Shown here: positions 1 through 6,548 of the stretch, piece by piece
How the letters are laid out: each line of letters begins with the position of its first letter
How positions within the stretch are numbered: position 1 is the stretch's first letter
Origin: an uncultured virus (IMG/VR IMGVR_UViG_3300031625_000002)
Lineage: Duplodnaviria > Heunggongvirae > Uroviricota > Caudoviricetes
Virus record (IMG/VR): IMGVR_UViG_3300031625_000002
Span: 53,011-73,010 of that record
Strand: one strand, 5' to 3'
DNA length: 20,000 nt
Program-made: the position numbers and the translations under genes
Notes under the pieces: generated by a model
Databases searched by the model: none
What the model was told of the DNA's origin: nothing
Seen by the model: the letters and a program-made list of their open reading frames with translations, nothing else

Positions 1-134
1 GATGGGTTGTCAAAGACGTGCTCAAAGAAGAGATCGATGTTATTAGCGATGCTGGTTTCGAACCAAAAGACGTTAATAAGAAGATTTCTGAAGTTTGTAG
101 AACTTGGTTCTTCGAAAGGGAAAGCCAGGTTTAA
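1..134 (+). CDS. 3' end of a gene entering the window; probable C-terminus of an Rnl2-family RNA ligase
   Basis: Frame 3 reads WVVKDVLKEEIDVISDAGFEPKDVNKKISEVCRTWFFERESQV* (TAA 132-134). The WV..DV.KEE...G.E.K.V.K.IS...R.WF pattern is what I recall for phage Rnl2-like ligase C-termini. Not in the supplied ORF track. Confidence 0.55.
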   Translation, partial: WVVKDVLKEEIDVISDAGFEPKDVNKKISEVCRTWFFERESQV

Positions 135-144
135 CAATCATAGC

Positions 145-222
145 CGGGGGACATCCGTCCCCCGATGCCTTAACTACCCCCCCCCATCGCACAGTTGGAT
201 GGGGTGTTGGTTATTTTATTTT
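145..222 (+). terminator. Two GC-rich hairpins followed by a T-rich run; probable intrinsic terminator
   Basis: CGGGGGAC-atcc-GTCCCCCG (145-164), then CCCCATC...GATGGGG followed by TTATTTTATTTT, directly after the stop at 134. Confidence 0.55.
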
Positions 223-554
223 ACAACTGTACTTAAAAGTAAGAAGGGAATTAATAACGATTTCAAAGTTGATAAGTTTGCCATAAACCTTATTGGCCAT
301 GGGTCAATAGTCGCTGGCAATTCAGTTGATGATTTGAAAGGGATTGAATTTGTTCGTAGACCATCACCAGAATTGTTGGATAATTAAGCATGTTTTATGC
401 AGCCTGGATGAAAAGTTTAAGATGGTATAATAATATTGATGTTTCCCATTTCAATAATAATATTTGGGATAACAGAAACCTTTAACCAATGGAATCATTT
501 CGGGTTAGCACTTATTGCAATCGGATTTATTTTCATGAAAATACTGAGTGGATC

Positions 555-965
555 ATGAAGGAAATTATAAAGTCAAAAGTTACGGGACATGATATGACTT
601 CCGTTCATCTTGAAGGAAGAAAGATTAGTATCGATGTCAAGATCGTATCATTGGTCAAATTGATCGATGGATTAGAAGGTGCGGAGGTAACATCCTCGTG
701 TCACGGTGATGCAGAGAGATCGCCATACATAAATTGGGTGTTGTATGACGAAGATGAGAACTCACAAGTAGACGACCTTATTGCTGTAATACATGGGTTC
801 AAGCATGAGGTAGATGTTGAATTTAACATGAGTATCATGCTCAAAGAGGGACACAGCGACATGTTGTTCACATTGACTTTTTTCGGCGGACAACCTCAAA
901 TGTTGCAGTTTTCTAGGTATGCTAAGAAAAAACTCAAAAAGAGGGTTGATATTCCGAAAAGGTGA
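555..965 (+). CDS. Hypothetical phage protein with a D..I..LV......G...TSSCHG motif
   Basis: ORF 489..965; ATG 555 is the more plausible start because the upstream part looks like promoter sequence. The T-S-S-C-x-G motif loosely recalls TYW3-like proteins. Confidence 0.6.
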   Translation: MKEIIKSKVTGHDMTSVHLEGRKISIDVKIVSLVKLIDGLEGAEVTSSCHGDAERSPYINWVLYDEDENSQVDDLIAVIHGFKHEVDVEFNMSIMLKEGHSDMLFTLTFFGGQPQMLQFSRYAKKKLKKRVDIPKR

Positions 966-982
966 ACTATGATAAGGTGTGT

Positions 983-1329
983 TTGAAACCATTACAATTA
1001 AATAGTAAACTACTTATTAATAATTTCAATCTTTATTCTCACATGCGGCTGTAAGAGCTTTGAGCCTGTTCAACAGGTGTGGGATATACTTACAGAGTCT
1101 GAGAAGTGATGGTTATGAGTGTGACATTATGGTTGTCAACTCATACTCTCCTAAACATTTGGTGATTGACAATTACAGAGTCCTTCATACTGTTGTACGA
1201 GTAGTAGTTGATGGTCAATACCGTTACATTGACCCCGCAAATTTCAAGTGGTCGGAAAACTTAAATGAATCCGCCGCATTTGTCAGAGTCGTTTCCGAAG
1301 AAGACCTATTAAGAAAAAATTTTCAATAA
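983..1329 (+). pseudogene. Probably frameshifted secreted/lipoprotein with transglutaminase-like His-Asp motifs
   Basis: ORF 1060..1329 has HTVVRV...YIDP. An upstream different frame reads YLLIISIFILTCGCKSFEP (signal/lipobox-like), and TTG 983 follows AAGGTG. Confidence 0.35.
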
Positions 1330-1334
1330 TTTTA

Positions 1335-1498
1335 AACAAGGCCGGTTGGCTTAGAAGCAGCCATCCCTTAATGAGTGACAAGTGAGATGTTAAGGCTGAC
1401 TAAGACGTATTCGTGAAAGGCCGATGCTCACGTTGGAGAAAGTTGATTGCGCAGTCAACCAGTATCTTGAAGTCTTTGGCGTAACAGCACACCTTGTT
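1335..1498 (+). ncRNA. 23S rRNA L11-binding-domain (H43/H44) mimic RNA with a ~100-nt structured insert
   Basis: GTTGGCTTAGAAGCAGCCATC (1345-1365) matches 23S H43 as recalled. CCTTAATGAGT follows, then GCGTAACAGCACAC (1479-1492, H44-like). The element is closed by AACAAGG/CCTTGTT (1335-1341/1492-1498). Intergenic, with no other rRNA sequence nearby. Confidence 0.8.
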
Positions 1499-1524
1499 CC
1501 TTTTAATCTTAACAGAGAAGAGCG

Positions 1525-1827
1525 ATGAATAACGAATATAAGAAAAAAGATTTTGAACACATGGCCAACAAACGGCGCAATGCCTTGAGTGTTATTGCAG
1601 ACAAACTCGGCAAAGAACATACCATTACCAAAATGATGGGTGGTATGGCTTGGGGGCGAAATAATCCAGAGCCACATCCTGGATATGGGGCAAAGGACGC
1701 CATAAGAGGAATGGGGTATCTTGATGGTTCATTTCATATCTTGAATATTTGGGCGCGTGACAATGATCGCACGGCACAAAAAATCATGCTCGCTATTTAC
1801 CCTATGAAATGGGAGTCTGCGAAATGA
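1525..1827 (+). CDS. Hypothetical protein (100 aa)
   Basis: ATG after purine-rich AGAGAAGAG; stop overlaps next start (ATGA). Confidence 0.7.
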   Translation: MNNEYKKKDFEHMANKRRNALSVIADKLGKEHTITKMMGGMAWGRNNPEPHPGYGAKDAIRGMGYLDGSFHILNIWARDNDRTAQKIMLAIYPMKWESAK

Positions 1828-2219
1828 GCGTCAAAGATTTAGTATATCACAAATTTAATAAGCGGTTCCCAAAAAAATTGTTAGAAGTTAAGTATGTGGA
1901 CCTCACTCTTACAAAATCTTTTGGAAGAGGCAACGCAAGACATACCGACTCGCGCAGGAGTGGGACTTGGAAAGAAACACATGGTTGGAAATATAGGTTA
2001 CCATACAATGTAGAGTCAGTTTCGGAGAAGTGGTATATCAAAAGATATATTTCCAGGAAGGTTCTTGGATTTGAATTCGTTTACAAGGAAGCGGTTGCCG
2101 AAGTCCATTTTGAAGAAATAAACAATCACGCTTGTTTTGGTGATACTTGGCCGCAAAGAGTTTGGGACGTTTGGGAAAAACATAATTTGGTAAATCAACC
2201 AACTGGAGATACTAAATGA
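1824..2219 (+). CDS. Hypothetical basic protein
   Basis: ORF 1809..2219; ATG 1824 overlaps the upstream TGA (ATGA coupling), and its own stop overlaps the next ATG. Confidence 0.7.
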   Translation: MSVKDLVYHKFNKRFPKKLLEVKYVDLTLTKSFGRGNARHTDSRRSGTWKETHGWKYRLPYNVESVSEKWYIKRYISRKVLGFEFVYKEAVAEVHFEEINNHACFGDTWPQRVWDVWEKHNLVNQPTGDTK

Positions 2220-2575
2220 AAAATCTTGATAAAATATTCTCGGAGGAAGATATCACTCTTCTCATTGAATATGCAGATGGGAGAAAGCATGATAATTTTG
2301 AATACGAAATAGAGACTTTTGATCATGAAAATATAGGTAGGACTATGCTTCACATGAAAAACGGTCTTTGTGAACAGAGGCTTATCGCTCGTTTTCACTA
2401 TCCTAAAAACGAGGGTTCTGATGATGGTTATGGGTATCCAGAAATGATGTTGGTAATAGGTAATGATGGCGATGTTTCCTTTCAAAATTTGGGGAACTGT
2501 CGTTTCCGTCTCCACGAACCTCTCAAGGCTTATGAATTGATGTTGAGACGATTAAGACCAGAACTTTTTGAATAG
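2216..2575 (+). CDS. Hypothetical protein (119 aa)
   Basis: GGAG RBS upstream, ATGA coupling, protein-like composition. Confidence 0.75.
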   Translation: MKNLDKIFSEEDITLLIEYADGRKHDNFEYEIETFDHENIGRTMLHMKNGLCEQRLIARFHYPKNEGSDDGYGYPEMMLVIGNDGDVSFQNLGNCRFRLHEPLKAYELMLRRLRPELFE

Positions 2576-2578
2576 GAC

Positions 2579-2607
2579 TTGACACAGGGTAAAGACTGTG
2601 TTATGTT
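2579..2607 (+). promoter_or_regulatory. Sigma70-like promoter driving the non-coding RNA region
   Basis: TTGACA (2579-2584), 17 nt, TATGTT (2602-2607) with extended TG. The inverted repeat ACACAG/CTGTGT (2582-2601) spans the end of the -35 box and the spacer. Confidence 0.7.
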
Positions 2608-2619
2608 GTATCATGTTAG

Positions 2620-3040
2620 AGACAATTGAATATCGAAAGTTTGATGGCGTGGAGACAGGATTATGGGTAACCGTAGAATTGATGTTAACGTAGCGCCAGC
2701 AGTGGAGTGGAGACGTACCACTATGGAGTGGAATTCATAGAAGCTGTGAGGGACACATAATAAGACTTTTAAAGAGGCTTGAGGATTAGGGCGTAACCCA
2801 CTCAAGTAACTATGTAGCCCTCTCGTTTTGCCGGTCAGAAGCGATAGTGTAGACCGGTGAAAGCTGGCATTTATGCCTAAATAAATAGGGAGACCGTCTA
2901 CCCGAATAAAGTCGGCACTCAGTTCCCCAGAGTTAATGGGGACGGGATTTTGGAAGCCTCCCCAGATTGGCTCTACGTTTTGCATTGTTCGGAAATTCAA
3001 TGTCGTAGCTGCGCACTACGTTAGGTGGCTCCAATGCGCA
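2620..3040 (+). ncRNA. Large structured RNA, family unassigned
   Basis: No credible ORF. Long-range pairings ATTGAAT/ATTCAAT (2625-2631/2995-3001) and AACGTAGCGCCAG/TTGGCTCTACGTT (2687-2699/2967-2979) enclose many hairpins (CTATGGA/TTCATAG, CTTGAG/CTCAAG, CCGGT-GAAA-GCTGG, GTTCCCCA/TGGGGAC). Confidence 0.6.
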
Positions 3041-3051
3041 ATTTTTATTTT

Positions 3052-3157
3052 GATGCTGTGAACGTAATTAATGCGAACAAGGGAGTTGGTGTCAGGGAGC
3101 GAGGGTAACGGAATGAGTACCGGTGAACCTAGCGGATGGGGATACTTGATCAGCATC
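3052..3157 (+). ncRNA. ~106-nt RNA domain closed by a terminal stem, unassigned
   Basis: GATGCTG (3052-3058) pairs with CAGCATC (3151-3157); flanked by T-rich linkers. Confidence 0.45.
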
Positions 3158-3164
3158 TTTGATT

Positions 3165-3435
3165 AACCGGATGGCGCTATCCTTAAAGTGTCGGAAAACA
3201 CTATCCTTAAGTGTGGGCAGAATATTCTTTAGGCCCTAAACTAAAAGATTATCGACATCGGATACAGATGGGGCCTGGGGCGGCATTGAGGCTTCCTTGA
3301 TAATACATATATCAAGTAAATAAAATGTGTCGTCATGGCGTATCGCGTTAGGATAGTTTCCATACGCCTTAATTTTAGGATCTAAAGCGCCAGCAAATGT
3401 CCACCTCCATACGGGGGGTGGACAGCGCTGGTGAG
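3165..3435 (+). ncRNA. Cluster of hairpins, possible third structured RNA
   Basis: Hairpins AGTGT/ACACT, CTTGATA/TATCAAG, GGCGTAT/ATACGCC and CGCCAGC..TGTCCACCTCC/GGGGGTGGACA..GCTGGTG; CTATCCTTAA occurs twice. Confidence 0.4.
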
Positions 3436-3475
3436 GAAATTTTGTGAAAGTTTTGAAATTTTTTCTCAAAGCGGC

Positions 3476-3503
3476 TTGCAAAACGGAAAAGTCACGGTAT
3501 AAT
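3476..3503 (+). promoter_or_regulatory. Sigma70-like promoter for the GOLLD-like RNA
   Basis: TTGCAA (3476-3481), 16 nt, TATAAT (3498-3503), with an A/T-rich tract upstream. Confidence 0.7.
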
Positions 3504-3509
3504 AAGAAG

Positions 3510-4450
3510 CATGTTGGAAGTGGTTAACGCCGCATCTAACAGAAAGTAAAAACTGAATATTTAATTTAAGGGCAGTATGATGTCCTCCTGTTCCCTTCGG
3601 GTAACAGGTTAAGATAAGCCATGGAAACATGGTGAAATGGGGGACCCGCTACGGGCCTCGCCAAACTCTTCGGAGAGTGGTCAGTTATGCAAACCAAGCT
3701 TCTGTGAATTTCCCTCTTGGGGAGTTATACTTGAAGGTGGAGATTAAATGAATGTGGTGGCCAACGGTGGCTATGTTCTACTAACGTTAGCGACGAGAAC
3801 TTATCTTATGCCAAACATCGAAAGTTAAGAAGCAAAGGGTAGTTGTGTTGTCTGAGTTTGCAGACAAAGGCTTCACAGCAGATTGTTGGGTAACAGGAAA
3901 CCATTTAACAATGGGGGACCTGAAGTCCTGTAAATCCGTCTGGTAGCCCGCAAGGCCAAAGATATGAGGTGTGTGGCATTCTACTTCTCAAAAGGAAGCG
4001 GAACCATCGAGAGCGCACATCTTGGTAGATTTATCTGTAGCTCAATAGCAGAGCTATTCCCTCATACGGAATCGGTTTTGGTGCAACTCCAAACGGATAT
4101 TTTTTAACGAAAATAAAAAAACGCAAAGACGCTCTCGGTAGTAGGTGAAAATGGCCTAATTCCAAATCCTTCGGGTAATTTGGAGACGTGAAGCTCGCAA
4201 GGCAGATCGTTTTAGGACAAGTTAAAATTTAGTGGATTAGCGTTCACGAACTGTTCATAAGGCAGGAATGGAAACGAGTTCTGATTAGCTTACTATGACG
4301 GCGCAGTCGCAGGCGCTTAATAAAATTGCGGTCATGATCGATGTCTGGTGTCCAGCTTGCTGGCCCAGAAGGAAATTAGGGCAAGGCACGTCGCAAGCGT
4401 ACTGTAATCCTGAAGAGTCGATTATTGAAGGTGTATTTCTCAACCTTTTA
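3510..4450 (+). ncRNA. GOLLD-like large ncRNA
   Basis: ~900-nt unit without credible ORF between a promoter and a terminator, rich in UUCG/GCAA/GAAA tetraloop hairpins. Motifs recalled from GOLLD: GGCAGTATGATGTCC (3571-3585), CCCGCAAGG (3947-3955), CTTCTCAAAAGGAAG (3984-3998), GCAAAGAC...GTAGGTGAAAATGGCCTA and 3' GAAGGTGTATTTCTCAACCTT (4427-4447). Contains a tRNA, as many GOLLD RNAs do. Confidence 0.75.
4031..4101 (+). tRNA. tRNA with CAT anticodon (Met/Ile2-type), atypical, embedded in the GOLLD-like RNA
   Basis: Acceptor TTATCTG/CGGATAT (1:72 mismatch); D-arm GCTC-aatagca-GAGC; anticodon arm ATTCC-ctCATac-GGAAT (CAT 4063-4065); T-arm TTTGG-tgcaact-CCAAA; no encoded CCA. Confidence 0.75.
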
Positions 4451-4456
4451 ATTTTT

Positions 4457-4491
4457 TGTCAGGTGACTTCGGTCGTCTGGCATTTTTTTTT
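4457..4491 (+). terminator. Intrinsic terminator ending the GOLLD-like RNA
   Basis: TGTCAGGTGAC-TTCG-GTCGTCTGGCA followed by 9 T. Confidence 0.9.
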
Positions 4492-4600
4492 GCCTATATA
4501 ACATAAGGAATATGAATAATGGAGGATACAGTAAAATAATTTTTCGATGAGTTTATTAAAAAGTTCGATCTAAAAGAGTTGATCATTGATACGTTCTATC

Positions 4601-5266
4601 TTAATCGTTCCAATAATCTTTCTCGTCATCGTCGTTATCCTCAAAGGCGTGAGGGCTTACTTCCCCATCCCATTCATAATCGATATTGAAATCTTCTTGA
4701 AGCATTTCAAAGTTGTTCAAATCATTATCTATAAGTGAATGTCCTTGACCGTGTCCAAAGACAACCTCTTGGACTCTACCTTTTGGCATTTCAACGCCAA
4801 AATATTCAATGCCATTTGGAATTACTCCATAAACTGGTTGGTCATTTGTTAAGTGTGAGGGAGTTATATCTATAACCTTTCCATTTAATGAATTCCACCC
4901 GTGATTCCTGAAAAATGTTCCGGCATATCCTTCAACATATTTGAAGTCATTGTCATGTAACATTAATAATTGAGAAGAGTAGAAACACTCTTTGACTTCC
5001 CCGCGTTTAAAAATACTATAAAGGCTTTCAATTTTTTCCTGTTCTTCAGGGGTCAATTCAGCAGACTCATACAGTTTGCCATGGGTCAAATAGAAATATG
5101 GCATCGTAGGATAATGAAAATCGCTTGTTTGAGAATTCATTCCTACTTGCATAATGTGTTGCATAGCCAGAGCAGTCATAATCTGGCTGTGTGAAAACTG
5201 ATTTTTCCAGGCCAATAATTCAGGCGTTATGTTCTCGATCCAATTTGATTTTTTGTACCAATTCAT
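4601..5266 (-). CDS. MNWYKK-start protein with a papain/transglutaminase-like Cys-His-Asp arrangement
   Basis: Start at ATG 5266 with GGAG RBS; motifs ECFYSSQ, YVEGYA and HGWNSLNGKVIDIT. Confidence 0.7.
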   Translation of the reverse strand: MNWYKKSNWIENITPELLAWKNQFSHSQIMTALAMQHIMQVGMNSQTSDFHYPTMPYFYLTHGKLYESAELTPEEQEKIESLYSIFKRGEVKECFYSSQLLMLHDNDFKYVEGYAGTFFRNHGWNSLNGKVIDITPSHLTNDQPVYGVIPNGIEYFGVEMPKGRVQEVVFGHGQGHSLIDNDLNNFEMLQEDFNIDYEWDGEVSPHAFEDNDDDEKDYWND

Positions 5267-5286
5267 AGGGTCTCCAATTCCACTTA

Positions 5287-5315
5287 TTATTCTTAACATA
5301 CACAGAAAAACCCTT
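5287..5315 (-). promoter_or_regulatory. Candidate phage-specific (late) promoter AAGG-N19-GAATAA
   Basis: The same motif and spacing recur at 12404-12432 (+) and 15049-15077 (-). Confidence 0.55.
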
Positions 5316-5379
5316 CCGGCAAAGCTTACTATATGGTCATGTGGCAGTATAGTATTACATGTAACAGGAGTAATGTCTT

Positions 5380-5739
5380 ATGGGAATTGAATATAAGAGG
5401 TATTTACTCTTTGACCATCGTGCTGTAAAGTACTTAAACGAAATACTTTCTAAAACAGAGGCTAATATCGTAATAAGTTCGTCTTGGAGAAAAATCCATA
5501 CTTTAGATGAAATTAGAGAGCAATTTAAGTCTCAGGGTATAATTGATGTCGATAGAGTCGTCAGTATGACAGGTGGGTCAAAAGACGGGATAAGAGGCGG
5601 AGAGATTCAAACCTGGATTGACAATAACCCATGTGGTAATTTTGTAATAATAGATGATGACTCAGACATGATTCATCTCATGGACCATCTCGTTTTAACA
5701 AGAAACGCGACCGGCTTATCTTATCGAAACAAACTTTAA
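5380..5739 (+). CDS. HAD-superfamily Swiss-Army-Knife RNA-repair-like phosphatase domain, N-terminally truncated
   Basis: IVISSSWR, RGGEIQTWID and FVIIDDDSDM motifs present; the N-terminal FLDxDGV motif I is absent. The frame continues IIRRLKRS* past TAA 5737-5739. Confidence 0.75.
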   Translation: MGIEYKRYLLFDHRAVKYLNEILSKTEANIVISSSWRKIHTLDEIREQFKSQGIIDVDRVVSMTGGSKDGIRGGEIQTWIDNNPCGNFVIIDDDSDMIHLMDHLVLTRNATGLSYRNKL

Positions 5740-5768
5740 ATTATAAGAAGATTGAAAAGGAGTTAAAA

Positions 5769-6023
5769 ATGGCGGCGACTAAAGAAAATATCAAGAAATG
5801 GATCGTCGATTCAAGCGACAGAAAAATGGATTATATGATCGTCGTTTGTGATCAATATGATTACGAAAATTTCCCAGTTTTTGTAACTTCTGAAAATCTT
5901 CACAAAGAAGCTAAAAGATATGGGAGAGATATGCATAAGGTCATGGAGATCTATGATTTGAATGGCGACATTGAGGCCCAATTAGATATGCATAGAGCTT
6001 TTCCGCCAGGATTCCCACTTTAG
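5769..6023 (+). CDS. Small phage protein (MIVVCD.YDYE.FPV motif), function unknown
   Basis: Strong AAGGAG RBS; 84 aa. Confidence 0.8.
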   Translation: MAATKENIKKWIVDSSDRKMDYMIVVCDQYDYENFPVFVTSENLHKEAKRYGRDMHKVMEIYDLNGDIEAQLDMHRAFPPGFPL

Positions 6024-6077
6024 CTTCCCGAACACATAGTATTAAGGAGAATAGTATGCTTACGGGATGCCGTGTAT

Positions 6078-6248
6078 ATGTTGGAAATAAATATGACGAA
6101 GGCTGCTGTGACTTTTGCTCAGATATCGATTCCAGCGGACGTTGACGATTGGATTGACTCTTTGTTGGAGGAAGCCTTGTCGGATAAAGATTTGTTGCCA
6201 CAGGCCGCAATCGATCAGAAAAAGCACGATGCGAAGCAATTTCGTTAA
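6078..6248 (+). CDS. Small hypothetical protein (56 aa), possibly frameshifted from ATG 6056
   Basis: MLEINMTKAAVTFAQISIPADVDDWIDSLLEEALSDKDLLPQAAIDQKKHDAKQFR*. The AAGGAG RBS (6044-6049) suits ATG 6056, which is one base out of frame. Confidence 0.45.
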   Translation: MLEINMTKAAVTFAQISIPADVDDWIDSLLEEALSDKDLLPQAAIDQKKHDAKQFR

Positions 6249-6303
6249 TTAAAATAACGTTGTATAATAGACAGTCAGACAACAGAAAAGTTTGCAACAT
6301 CGC

Positions 6304-6331
6304 TTGCATTGTTCCGAACCGATGCTATAGT
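6304..6331 (+). promoter_or_regulatory. Sigma70-like promoter upstream of the TerD-like gene leader
   Basis: TTGCAT, 16 nt, TATAGT with extended TG. Confidence 0.6.
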
Positions 6332-6347
6332 ATAGATGTTTGGTGTT

Positions 6348-6507
6348 AAGAAAGGCTATGATGGTTCTTCCTTCTAAAAAGATAATGGATAAACCAGAGT
6401 CATCAATTACCTTCTTTTTTTACATTTCAATTTTGGAGGGCATGAAAATTTTCTCTTCCTTCTAAAACTTCATTTAATAAGAAAACTTAGAGATTTCACT
6501 TCCCTCC
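6348..6507 (+). promoter_or_regulatory. Two tandem structured leader repeats sharing TCTTCCTTCTAAAA
   Basis: Identical 14-mer at 6366-6379 and 6454-6467, each at the stem/loop junction of a two-part hairpin (GATGGTTCT/AGAGTCATC; TGAAA..TCTCT/AGAGATTTCA inside GGAGGG/CCCTCC). Confidence 0.7.
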
Positions 6508-6548
6508 GATTTATTTCATAGACAAACAAAGCAACATAAGGATACACT

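Noticed and set aside
7..387. ORFs 7..387 and 104..286 as real genes
   Set aside because: They run through GC hairpins and a terminator; the credible coding frame is frame 3 ending at 134.
1345..1492. A true rRNA gene or operon
   Set aside because: Only ~50 nt resemble 23S, interrupted by an insert and flanked by phage genes.
2613..3450. RNase P RNA, tmRNA, group I/II intron or HEARO/omega RNA
   Set aside because: No GAGGAAAGUCC/P4, no tmRNA T-arm-CCA end, no intron core motifs recognised. CTACGTT is HEARO-like but no IscB/TnpB ORF follows.
2611..4501. ORFs 2611..3000 (-), 3236..3481 (-) and 4295..4501 (+)
   Set aside because: No RBS, unprotein-like composition, and they overlap strongly structured RNA with promoter/terminator on the + strand.
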